Positions 1-11,218 of a DNA stretch of 64,000 bases are shown here, piece after piece. Every line of letters begins with the position of its first letter. The first letter of the stretch is position 1. A program made the translations under genes and the position numbers. Origin of the DNA: Octopus vulgaris (lineage: Eukaryota); NCBI GenBank assembly GCA_951406725.2, contig OX597822.1, positions 113,150,001-113,214,000 on the forward strand, given 5' to 3'. The notes below the pieces were generated by a model. It ran no database searches. It saw only the letters and a list, made by a program, of their open reading frames with translations, and was not told where the DNA came from.

Positions 1-195
1 TTTCATATACGTGTGTAAATATAAACACACATGCATAGTCATGGAGGTATAAACATACGCACACATGTTCATGCATATACAACTGTTTATAAACATGTAC
101 AATCGCACAGACTCATGGACGTTGTAGTCACAGCCGCACACTCTATTGTCTTGTTCCTTAACAAGTTTCAGCTACTGGATAATGATCATACATAC

Positions 196-200
196 ATCTA

Positions 201-291
<91 letters not shown>
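196..291. repeat. (TATC)n followed by (TA)n microsatellite
   Basis: Direct reading; one of dozens of such tracts in the window. Confidence 0.95.
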
Positions 292-295
<4 letters not shown>

Positions 296-509
296 TAATA
301 ATAAATATTAGGGAATAAATCCAAACTTACAGGGAAAAATCAGATTTAGGATTGAATCCAATTTTATAGTAAAATATTATATTATATTAAATTAGAGACA
401 AAACCACTATTAGGCAAATCAAACAATGAAAAACTTAAGCCAATACATATGATTAATTTATATTATTTAAATATATATCAAAATTATTAAAAAAATATAA
501 TTAATATCA

Positions 510-573
510 CACTACGATCATTTCATGCCTGCTAACATCTTCAAATTTTTGAGTCGCAGTCATTCATCAGGTG
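510..573 (-). ncRNA. Type-I hammerhead ribozyme motif, family 1 (minus copy)
   Basis: Minus strand: CAC-CTGATGA-ATGaCTG...CAGgCAT-GAAA-T-GATC-GTA-GTG. A C-to-T change at 15.2 relative to the plus copy gives a U-G wobble. Confidence 0.75.
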
Positions 574-627
574 GTTTAAATATCTAAAATATAATCAATA
601 TTTTTAAGATATAAATAATATATATAA

Positions 628-1144
628 CTAGCAGTATCGCCCGGCGTTGCTCGGGTTTGTAAGGGAAATAACTATATAAGCATTTTTAGAGAGTTACTTC
701 CCTTATAGATGCCAATTCGGGCTTTCTTAGCCATTTCTGTTTTGGTGTCTTCAAGCCATGAAGTCGTTGTTCTAAAAGAACGCTGGTCTCCTTGACAACG
801 CATTACGACGTTGATTTCCTTAAACTCCCTTCCCCACAGCTTCACGAGGGAGGGAAGAAGGGGGAGAAGCAAACACAGGTGCAGGTGTTTAAGCGTGGAC
901 GCCAACTCCGCCGCCATCGACACACGAAAAATTATGCATTAAAATGGAATAAAAAATGATGTTAAATTATTTTTAAAATCGTAGACTCATCGTAGACGCG
1001 CGCTAATAGCCAGACGGGCTCGATATTAATCACGACTATAAGATACCCGAATTTGGTTAAACTGCACCGCAAAATGTGGGAGGAGTTAGGAATCTAAATC
1101 GTAGGAGACAGACACTCACACAACTACAGTTTTATATATATAGA
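628..1144 (-). mobile_element. Non-autonomous Helitron
   Basis: Minus strand begins TC (1144-1143) and ends CTAG (631-628). GC hairpin CCCGGCGTTGCTCGGG (640-655) lies just inside the 3' end. Inserted between A and T with no TSD; the empty site is visible in the opposite arm of the inverted repeat (~1790). Confidence 0.85.
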
Positions 1145-1846
1145 TATAATAATTTTACTTATAATAAACTCTATTATTAAATATGATTATATCGAAATCG
1201 ACTATAATGTAAATATTGTTGTTTATGTAATGATCTAATTATCGTAATTTTCTATGTTATTAGATATTAAATAAATTAGATAAACTTTGATAAAATTAGA
1301 TATGTTTCGACTAAAGATTGGTCTAGGCCATGTCTAATTTAAAAGCATAATTTATATTAGATAATTATTCCAATTCATAATTATATTTATAGTACTTATA
1401 GTATTTGTTTAATACTATATTACTAAGAATTGAATATTTCTATAAGTATTTTACATAAGATTTTGAAAGTCAGTTTAAGTTAGTTTATTTGTATTTTGAA
1501 ATTAGCTAATTCATCTTTAAATATGAAAAATGAAATTTATTAGGTTTTCATTATATACAATTATTTATAGAGATTATTTTAGATCTTGATTACAATATTT
1601 ATATATATTTTCATTGATAATTTATATATATTAGTCATTTTAAATATTTATGTAATTAGATATAGACTAATATTGATATTAGAATATGGGTTTTCTACCT
1701 TATAAATTAAAGTTAATATTTAACATTATAGTCGATTTCGATATAATCATATTTAATAATAGAGTTTATTATAAGTAAATTATTATTTTATATTATATAT
1801 ATTATTTATATCTTAAAAATATTGATTATATTTTAGATATTTAAAT

Positions 1847-1910
1847 CACCTGATGAATGACTGCGACTCAAAAATTTGAAGATGTTAACAGGCATGAAAC
1901 GATCGTAGTG
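1847..1910 (+). ncRNA. Type-I hammerhead ribozyme motif, family 1 (plus copy)
   Basis: Helix I CAC/GTG; core CTGATGA 1850-1856; helix II ATGaCTG/CAGgCAT; GAAA 1896-1899; palindromic helix III ACGATCGT; GUA triplet 1905-1907. Confidence 0.85.
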
Positions 1911-2032
1911 TGATATTAATTATATTTTTTTAATAATTTTGTTATATATTTAAATAATATAAATTAATCATATGTATTGGCTTAAGTTTTTCATTGTTTG
2001 ATTTGCCTAATAGTGGTTTTGTCTCTAATTTA

Positions 2033-2094
<62 letters not shown>

Positions 2095-2305
2095 GAAGGT
2101 GCAATTTTAAATAAACTCTTTAGAAAACAGAACCTCGTTATAGGATTGCCATTATCGTTATATGATTATTATTATTATTATTGTTCTTTTTCCTTCTCTG
2201 TTAACAGTATTATTTCCTCTTTTTACTTCTCTCTCTTAAGTATGGTGCTGTGTACAGAGAGTGCTGCAAATTCAGTGTACACATTTTTAATCTACCCATC
2301 ACGAA

Positions 2306-3540
2306 ATGACAAAGTTCATAGTATCGATCAAAAACAGAAGAAAAGTAGTTGATGAAAGTAATTACACCTACGATTTTCATTCAAGCAATACAAAACTAGG
2401 AAAAGAATACTGGAGATGTGAGAAAAGAAGAGGCATGTGTTCAGTGCGAATTCACACAGTAATGGAAAACAATGAGCCAAAAATTATTTCGTTTTCTAGT
2501 GAGCATCTTCATCCAGCTGATGTAGGTTCATTAAATGCTAAAAAAACAATTGCAGAAATAAAGCATGAAGCGGCGGAAAACATAGCAGCAAGTTCGCGTA
2601 GCATTACAGCGGCTAAGAGAAAATACTTGCTCACAACTTCCTCGTTTGCCTGTACTTTCCAGGATTATTCAAAAGTGTCGAGAAAAAAATTCTGGATTTC
2701 CCGCTAATCCAGGGGCTAGAACTGGCTTTGAAATACCTGAAGAATATTGTCGACTTAATAATGGCGAGCAGTTTCTGAGATACGATTCGGGTATCGAGGA
2801 TCAACAGTACATACTAGTATTGGCATCAGAAATTGGTCTTCAGGATATAGCATTATATCATCATCGGTCATGTGATGGAACGTCCAAAATTGTGCCAGAA
2901 CAGTGGTTTCAACTGTTTAGCATTCATGTACAAGTTAAAGGTAGCAGCGTGGAGGCGCAATGGCCCAGTGGTTAGGGCAGCGGACTCGCGGTCATAAGAT
3001 CGCGGTTTCAATTCCCAGACCGGGCGTTGTGAGTGTTTATTGAGCGAAAACACCTAAAAGCTCCACGAGGCTCCGGCAGGGGATGGTGGTGATCCCTGCT
3101 GTACTCTTTCACCACAACTTTCTCTCACTCTTACTTCCTGTTTCTGTTGTACCTGTATTTCAAAGGGCCGGCCTTGTCACTCTCTGTGACACGCTGAATA
3201 TCCCCGAGAACTACGTTAAGGGTACACGTGTCTGTGGAGTGCTCAGCCACTTACACGTTAATTTCACGAGCAGGCTGTTCCGTTGATTCGGATCAACCGG
3301 AACCCTCGTCGTCGTAACCGACGGAGTGCTTCCAAAGGTAGCAGCTTTCCACGGGTCTTTGCATTACTGCCGAATAAAACAAAGCAGATACATGAATTAT
3401 TTTGCGATCAATTGAAAAATATACAACCTAATACATACCCGCTTAATCTCATGGCAGATTTCGAAGTTGCAGTTCATAAGGTATTTAATCCATCATTCCC
3501 TAATTCATCAATCGTGGCATATTTGTTTCATTTGAGAATT
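2306..3540 (+). pseudogene. Degenerate Mutator-like (MULE) transposase with N-terminal FLYWCH-type zinc finger
   Basis: YWRCEKRRGMC...EHLH (FLYWCH-like), CDGTSKIVPEQWFQLFSIH, then FPRVFALLPNKTK and MADFEVAVHKV...YLFHL (MULE DDE-domain motifs). Frameshifted and interrupted by a SINE. Confidence 0.85.
2949..3333 (+). mobile_element. tRNA-Arg-derived SINE, family A (alternative tail)
   Basis: A box TGGCCCAGTGG, TCG anticodon-like loop and B box. Perfect 12-bp TSD AAAGGTAGCAGC at 2937-2948 and 3334-3345. Confidence 0.9.
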
Positions 3541-3572
3541 TCCCTGTCTACAACTTTCATACGTACTCCCTT

Positions 3573-3648
3573 GTCTCTGATGATGGAATACCCAGTGTTC
3601 GGACATGCTAGCCTATCACTTGGAATATCCCAGAAACAGCTGTAAGGC
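3573..3648 (+). ncRNA. Type-I hammerhead ribozyme motif, family 2 (within a repeat at ~3540-3880)
   Basis: Helix I GTCT/AGGC; CTGATGA 3577-3583; long imperfect helix II TGGAATA-CCCAGTG/CACTTGG-AATATCCCA; GAAA 3633-3636; palindromic ACAGCTGT; GUA 3642-3644. Confidence 0.85.
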
Positions 3649-3878
3649 TTCAAATTAACCTTACCCTAATTAAATTATCATAAATGACTTGAGATAAAAG
3701 TTCTGCCTTTTATTTGGATTTTTTCCTCTAATGTATACCTGTTAACACGGAACCGTAATACGGATCCCTAGCTCCAGTCTCAGCTGTGGAACTTGGAAGC
3801 ACACGGATGACCAATTATAACACTCACTCAGCAGCATACCTATTCGTTTAGATCACTAGTTTACTAAATCCCTCATAT

Positions 3879-3984
<106 letters not shown>

Positions 3985-4016
3985 CATATACATACATACA
4001 TACATACATACATACA

Positions 4017-4047
<31 letters not shown>

Positions 4048-4051
4048 GTAT

Positions 4052-4206
4052 GGAGTGGCTGTGTGGTAAGTAGCTTGCTTACCAACCATATGGTTCCGGG
4101 TTCAGTCCCACTGCGTGGCACCTTGGGCAAGTGTCTTCTACTATAGCCTCGGGCCGACCAAAGCCCTGTGAGTGGATTTGGTAGACGGAAACTGAAAGAA
4201 GACCGT

Positions 4207-4209
<3 letters not shown>
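4052..4209 (+). mobile_element. SINE family B, 5' half (CORE-like)
   Basis: TGGCTGTGTGG A box, GGTTCAGTCCC B box and CACCTTGGGCAAGTG CORE-like segment; matches many copies in the window. Confidence 0.85.
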
Positions 4210-4245
<36 letters not shown>

Positions 4246-5782
4246 AAAAAATATATATAAAAATACAAAATGGGACAAGAACGCAAAACATTCAATGCAG
4301 TGGGTGGGGATGGCACAACTACAGGAAAGAATCCAGGTATATTTATTCTAACTGCTGTGACTTTTACGAATGTCATTACACTGCGTAAAATACATTATTT
4401 ACATTATTTACATTATTTACATTTGACGGATATTTGCCCTCATCTTGTTTCTTGTTAATGACACCGTGAAGACAGTTATTACATTTAAGAGTTAGTGTAA
4501 AGGCAATATCTCTATAAATTCAAAGAAGTAACTTTCACATTGGAGGATTGGTGAGCCAGTATGCTAAAAATATCACATGCATTCTTAACTAATTAATCAT
4601 TAAACACTTGAACTATTACATATTAGAAATGAAGACGATGTTTACTTCCTCTTGCTGGGATGGGGGATATAGATTAACTTTTACATTAAGAGATGCAAAC
4701 AAATATCAAATAACAATCAAAATACTAATATTTTGACATTCACCAATTTCTTAAAGATCTACTACAGTGAATAAAAGTAATTATTCCGAAGTCTTATCTT
4801 GCGTAAGTGTTCCTCAAGATCTCTAAATAGAATTCAACAGCTATATAGTTTACTCTTGTGTTATTCTTTATCAAAATATATTTCGTTTATTTGGGTTGTT
4901 CTTCCTTAGGTTATAAGAAAATTCTTAAAAGAAACATTTCATTTGTTACAGTTTTTGCTGGATTTCGGTACAATGTACGGACAAAGAAATACTTCAAATG
5001 ACCACAAGAATTTTTAAAATAACCGAAATTCACGTATTATAAATATCATATACCGTTATCATAACTGTTTTCTTTTCTGTTTTTTTTTGTTTTGTTTGGA
5101 GATAGACCTAATCAAAGACATCTAGTGTTCAAATGCATTCCATTTGTAACCATCTTGTGTTTTATTTTGTACTGGGGTAAGTTATCTAATGAGCTTTTGG
5201 TGGGTATGGTATGAAACAGAATTGGTTGATATTTTCGGCAAGCTGAAGAAAATTATTCAAGAATCACCCGACAAAATTTATAAAAAATAAGTCATTTGAA
5301 ACCCACATTGTGTTCCTGAGAAAAATGTACAGACTCCTGTTTTCGTTCTTCAGTGAAAAAGCACTAACAGTTTTTGTACCCCTTTCTGGTATCCTTTTTT
5401 TCTACATTATGCACAATGCTTCTTGTATTGTTGTTAGGCGGAAGACGCAAATATTTTTCGTAACCTTTACATGTGAATGTATTTCTCTAATAAGATTACT
5501 TCATATACACTGACGCATAAAAATATTTATGTATCATTAGCGAGCTTTCCTTCATTTGTCAGAAATGAATATAAACATATGCAATCGAATGTTGAACCAA
5601 AAATAGACCTTTATTTATCTTCCCCATGATGATCAAGGGCAAACTTGACTTTGACTTAATCTGAACTTAAAGCTTGGAGATCAGAATCAAATTACACACG
5701 GTATTCTATCCGATGCTCTAACCATTCTGCCAATTCGCGGCAGAATGATTTCCGAGTTCAATTCCAAGCAATGACCTGAATA

Positions 5783-5824
5783 TTAATAATAATAATAATA
5801 ATAATGATGATGATGTTGATGATG

Positions 5825-5909
<85 letters not shown>

Positions 5910-5929
5910 TAATAATAATAATAATAATA
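5783..5929. repeat. (TAA)n/(TGA)n trinucleotide microsatellite
   Basis: Direct reading; source of the poly-I/poly-Y ORFs. Confidence 0.95.
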
Positions 5930-5977
5930 TCGGAAAATACCTTGGGAATGAGAACCCAGGCTCGAAATTTCCTCAAG

Positions 5978-6021
5978 ACACCTGATGAAGGCTGGATAGT
6001 ATATCAGCCGAAACGTTGTGT
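5978..6021 (+). ncRNA. Minimal type-I hammerhead ribozyme motif, family 3
   Basis: ACAC-CTGATGA-A-GGCTG-(10 nt)-CAGCC-GAAAC-GTT-GTGT. Loopless helix III (AACGTT palindrome) and an extra A after A9. Host repeat spans ~5935-6088 and ends in (AATGTAAAT)n. Confidence 0.85.
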
Positions 6022-6169
6022 TATCAACAAACAAGACGAGGACAAATATCCGTCAAATGTAAATAATGTAAATAATGTAAATAATGCAGAAAATTAAATA
6101 TCGTATAATCGATTGTGAATGTTTTAAACATTAAGGAAGAAACTTTCTTCCTTTGCATGCACAAAGAAC

Positions 6170-6850
6170 AATTTAAACAGCTGTGGTCCCCTGAAACCCA
6201 AGCTGTTGCAATCCTGGGTCCTTATCTGAGATTAAGAAGACGGTATCCTTGGTATTATGCAGTGCCGTCCAGTTCAGTGGTTGGTATAGGTTCTAATTCC
6301 TTCCAGAATCATCCATATGTATATCACTGCATACATTTCTCTCCTTCTCTCCGGGGAGTAGAGTTTCAGTTCTTGTAGCCTCTCCCAGTAGCTCATCTGT
6401 TTCACCGAGTCAATTTTCTTTGTGTAGTGGCCCTGGATTGACTCGAGTTCCGCTAGCAATTTGACGCTAGCAATTTGGTCACAGCAGAGAGAAGTAATCC
6501 GGACGACTGAGGACAAATGTCCTCCATAGGAGTATCAATGTATCCTTATTTCTGGTTCTGAATGATCTAAGGATCCATCCAGTTACTCGACTGCACAATG
6601 TTGCCATCCTGCCAATATGCACATGGAATATTGCATCACCACTCATGTGGATTCTCAGGTCACGCACCGATTCTAACTCTGAAATTGCACTACCCCTGGT
6701 CCTATGTAGTGAACTGCACGATTGATGGCATATCTGAGAGCCACTACAAACAGTAGTGGTCCCAGTATAGATCCTTGAGGAGCGCCACTGCGGACTGATG
6801 TTTCCTCAGACAGAACACTGCCTGACCTCTATGTCGTCCAGTATGGCTCA
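6170..6850 (-). mobile_element. Degenerate LINE ORF2 fragment (CR1/L2-group reverse transcriptase, C-terminal part)
   Basis: Minus-strand peptides APQGSILGPLLF, RDLRIHMS...GWILRSFRTR...LWRTFVLSRPDY and SYWERLQELKLYSPERRRE, with frameshifts and an internal deletion. Confidence 0.85.
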
Positions 6851-7288
6851 TAATCGAAAGACGCAAAACTTTTCGTACATTTTTTTGCTTTTTGTCTGCC
6901 TTCATACACAAAACTATCCTCTTTGTTTCTACTGCTCACTAGATTATATTTTTCTTTCGAGCTATTAGCATCACCCACTGAAATTACGATGACCTGAAGA
7001 TCAAGAGTTCAGGAAACGTGTCTTCTATTTATATCTGTTTTGTTTTGATCATATTTTCCTCGTCTTGTGCGTTTTCGTTATTCCGTTGCTTAAAATCTCC
7101 CGTTATAACAGATTCAAGGTTCGATTCTCGCAGGCAACGAAGAAAGAATTTCCGTTTTCTGATACAAACACACACACACACACACACAAGGACTCAGAAA
7201 AAGACAGATATGCAGATATACATACATAACTACATACATATAAACCTGTGTAGCTACATTTATATACATATATAGGTGTATATGTATG

Positions 7289-7335
<47 letters not shown>

Positions 7336-7521
7336 GGCTAAAAATGAGGGATTATCTATCCGAGCAAAATTCTTCATAAGCTCAGTTGACACACCAGGCT
7401 AAAAATATATCTATTAATCTATCCACCTATGGTTCAAATATACAAAAAACGAAAGACAGAGACAAGTGAGGGAAGGACAAAGAAGGTGTGTTAGTTTGAC
7501 GCTCGAGGAAAATGGAAAGGT

Positions 7522-7556
7522 CTTTGACGTTTCGAGCCTACGGTCTTCAACAGTAA
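7522..7556 (-). ncRNA. Variant hammerhead-like motif (CUGUUGA core), family 7
   Basis: CTGTTGA-A-GACC-GTAG-GCTC-GAAAC-GTC-AAAG; same layout as family 5 but A6 is U and helix I is weak. Related copy at 51774-51806. Confidence 0.4.
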
Positions 7557-7579
7557 GGAATAAGTGAAAAGTGGAGAGA

Positions 7580-7635
<56 letters not shown>

Positions 7636-8025
7636 AACATAGATAGAGAAAAGAGAGAGGGGGAGAAAGAGACAGAGACAGATAGAGAGAGAAAAACGGT
7701 GAGAGAAAAGAAGCGCGTTGGGTTTAATGCTTCCACAGACAGACATGCACGCGCACACGCACACACAAACACGAATATATATATACACATATAAACACAT
7801 ACACGCAACACAACTTGTGTACAAGCACTTCAAGTACAAATTGTATTGAATACAGATGTAGAATGTAATTATTTATTGCAGTGATGAAGTAAGTCTTTGT
7901 ATACATAGATACACACACACATACACACACGCACACACACACACACACACACATGCACATATATATTTACATATGCATATACATTCATACATATATATAT
8001 ATACATACGAAAGAATTATATATCA

Positions 8026-8056
<31 letters not shown>

Positions 8057-8112
8057 CATACATACACACACATATACATATGCATATATATGTATATATA
8101 TACATATATAAA

Positions 8113-8144
<32 letters not shown>

Positions 8145-8154
8145 CATATATAAA

Positions 8155-8206
<52 letters not shown>

Positions 8207-8217
8207 TATATATATAC

Positions 8218-8256
<39 letters not shown>

Positions 8257-8260
8257 TAAA

Positions 8261-8384
<124 letters not shown>

Positions 8385-8458
8385 TAATCCAAACATGAAA
8401 ACACAAAGAGAAAACACAACAACGCGAGGACGTGGAACAAATATAGTATTATTGGACG

Positions 8459-8505
<47 letters not shown>

Positions 8506-8827
8506 GGCGTGACCGTGTGGTTAGAACCTTAATTCCCAACTACATAGCTCCGGTTTCAGTCCCACCTTCAAGGAGTGCCTTCTACTCTAGAGTCGGGGAT
8601 ACCAAACCCTCGTGAGTGGATCTGGTGGACGGAAACTGAAAGAAGTATGTTATGTGTGCGTGTGAGCGTGTGTGAATGAGTGTGTGAGTGAGTGAGTGGG
8701 TGTGTGAGTGTGTGTGTATGTTTGTGTGAGTGTTTGTGTGTGTGTATATATACATATATATATACATATTGTTGGAATTTACAAAAAAACAAAAAGACGA
8801 AGATATGTGTGTATACATACACATATA

Positions 8828-9259
8828 TTCTTTTACTCCTTTATTTGTTTCAGTCATTTGACTACGGCCATGCTGGAGCACCGCCTTTAGTCGAGGAAAT
8901 CGTCTACAGAACTTATTTTTTGTAAGCCTAGTACTCATTCTATCGGTCTTTTATGCCGAACCGGGGACGGAAACACACCATCGGTTGTCAAGCGATGTTG
9001 GGAGACAGAGACATACAAACGTATACGCACACATACACACACATACACACACATACACACACACACACATATATATATATACATATATATATATACCACG
9101 GGCTTATTTCAGTTTCCGTTTACCAAATCCACTTACATGTCTTTAGTCTGCCCGAGGCTATAGTAGAAGACAATAGCCCAAGGTGTCACGCAGTGGGACT
9201 GAACCCGGAACCATGTGCTTTATAAGGAAGCTATTTACCTCACAGTCATTCCTGCGCCT
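8828..9259 (-). mobile_element. SINE family B, near full length
   Basis: Reverse complement of the family B head, internal microsatellite and tail. Confidence 0.85.
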
Positions 9260-9291
9260 ATATATGTGTGTGTGTGTGTGTGTGTTTTGTC

Positions 9292-9680
9292 GTCTGGTAA
9301 GAAGCTTTCTTCCCAACCACATGATTTTGGGTTCAGTCCCACTTTGTAGTACCTTAGGCAAGTGTCTTCTACTATAGCCTCGGGCCGACCAAAGCCTTGT
9401 GAGTTGATTAGGTAGACAGAAACTGAAAGAAGCCCGTCATATATATTTATGTATGTATGTATATGTTTGTGTTCGGTGTTTGTTCCAGCCCCCCCCCACC
9501 GTCGCTTGACAACCGATGTTGGTGTGTTTATGTCCCCGTAACTTAGCAGTTCGTCATAAAAGTACTATAGAATAAGTACTAGGCTTACAAAGAATAAGTC
9601 CTAGGGTCCATTTGTTCGGCTAAAGGCGGTGCTCCAGCATAGCCACCGTCTTCGGGTAAAAAAAGTAAAAGAATAAAAGA
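9292..9680 (+). mobile_element. SINE family B, near full length, head-to-head with 8828-9259
   Basis: CORE-like segment, internal microsatellite and (AAAAGART)n tail. Confidence 0.85.
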
Positions 9681-9902
9681 ATATATACACGCATATATAT
9701 ATATATATATATATACATACATACACGGATATAGTATATATCCCCATGCACATCTATATATATACATATATACATATATATGTGTGTGTGTGTGCATATA
9801 TATATATATATATATATGTAGGTCCCGGGTTGAGTCGGGGTTAACCACAGTAAATAAAGTACTCAATACATAGCAGAGTAAATAAATTTATTTTATAGAA
9901 GG

Positions 9903-9954
9903 AGCTTCTACAGGACTAGAACTGTTTCATTCAAAAAAAAATCATCAGGAAGCT
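9903..9954 (-). ncRNA. Type-I hammerhead motif, family 4 (minus copy, weakened helix II)
   Basis: AGCTTC-CTGATGA-T9-GAAT-GAAAC-AG-TTCTAGTC-CT-GTA-GAAGCT. Confidence 0.65.
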
Positions 9955-10562
9955 AGGTGACAAGAATAGTTTTGGCATTTATACATTTAGGCAGGTTTAA
10001 AGAGGTGGTGGTGGGGGACTTTTTGGGGTAGGCATGGCGCAAACTATCATTCTTAGGGGAGTGGTCAAAAGAATCAGTGATAAAGTAGATAAAAGAATAA
10101 ATAGAATAATAGAGTTTTAGGTAAATAAGGAGACTCTCACTTATACATATATATATACATATACACACACACACACACATATATATACATACATATACAA
10201 ATACATACATATACATACATATACATACATATATATATATACATACATATACATATACATACATATATATATATATACATATATATACATATATATACAT
10301 ATATATACATATATATATATGTATATATATGTGTGTGTGTGTATATATGTATATATATGTATATATATATGTATAAGTGAGAGTCTCCTTATTTACCTAA
10401 AACTCTATTATTCTATTTATTCTTTTATCTACTTTATCACTGATTCCTTTGACCACTCCCCTAACAATGATAGTTTGCGCCATGCCTACCCCAAAAAGTC
10501 CCCCACCACCACCCCTTTAAACCTGCCTAAATGTATAAATGCCAAAACTATTCTTGTCACCT

Positions 10563-10613
10563 AGCTTCCTGATGATTTCTTTTGAATGAAACAGTTCTAG
10601 TCCTGTAGAAGCT
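10563..10613 (+). ncRNA. Type-I hammerhead motif, family 4 (plus copy)
   Basis: 6-bp helix I AGCTTC/GAAGCT; CTGATGA 10569-10575; helix II tTTC/GAAt; GAAA 10588-10591; helix III ACAG/CTGT with a CTAG-containing loop; GUA 10605-10607. Confidence 0.8.
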
Positions 10614-10773
10614 CCTTCTATAAAATAAATAAAATATATATATATATATATTATATACATGCGTATGTATGTATGTGTGTGTGTATGTATGTATGTATGT
10701 ATGTATGTATGTATGTATGTATGTATGTATGTATGTGTGTGTGCGTGCGTGTGTGTATCATTAGTGTCATTTT

Positions 10774-10988
10774 AAGGCTGCGAACTGACAGAATCGTTAG
10801 TACGCCAGGCAAAATGCTTAGCGGCATTTTGTCTGTCTTTACGTTCTGAGTTCAAATTTCGCGAAGATCGACTTTGCCTTCCATCCTCTCAGGGTCGATA
10901 AAATAATTACCAGTTGATTACTAGGGTCAATGTAACCGACAATCCCCATCTCCTAAATTTCATGCCTTGTGCCTATAGTAGAAAGGAT
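10774..10988 (+). mobile_element. SINE family C, diverged copy
   Basis: Shares GTTCTGAGTTCAAATT...GACTTTGCCTT...GGTCGATAA body with 45746-45980. Confidence 0.75.
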
Positions 10989-10990
10989 CA

Positions 10991-10993
<3 letters not shown>

Positions 10994-11052
<59 letters not shown>

Positions 11053-11067
11053 GTTATTATTATTACC

Positions 11068-11130
<63 letters not shown>

Positions 11131-11148
11131 ATTATTATTATTATTACC

Positions 11149-11216
<68 letters not shown>
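10994..11216. repeat. (TAT)n microsatellite
   Basis: Direct reading. Confidence 0.95.

Positions 11217-11218
<2 letters not shown>

Larger units (their letters stand above)
295..2042 (-). mobile_element. Penelope-like element relic with inverted pseudo-LTR (fold-back), family 1
   Basis: Left arm (~376-627 plus 1145-1210, interrupted by a Helitron) is the reverse complement of the right arm (~1723-2042). Each arm carries a hammerhead motif. The left arm extends ~80 bp further, and that extension recurs at ~39058-39150. Both ends abut (TA)n. Confidence 0.7.
9818..10630 (-). mobile_element. Penelope-like fold-back cassette, family 4
   Basis: ~9886-10160 is a near-perfect reverse complement of ~10355-10630, with a microsatellite spacer. 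Each arm carries a hammerhead; the left arm extends to ~9818. Confidence 0.75.

Noticed and set aside
2949-3030. tRNA-Arg(TCG)-like sequence (also at 23905, 25444 and 39967)
   Set aside because: Continues into a shared SINE body with TSDs, and the acceptor stem is imperfect; SINE heads, not tRNA genes.
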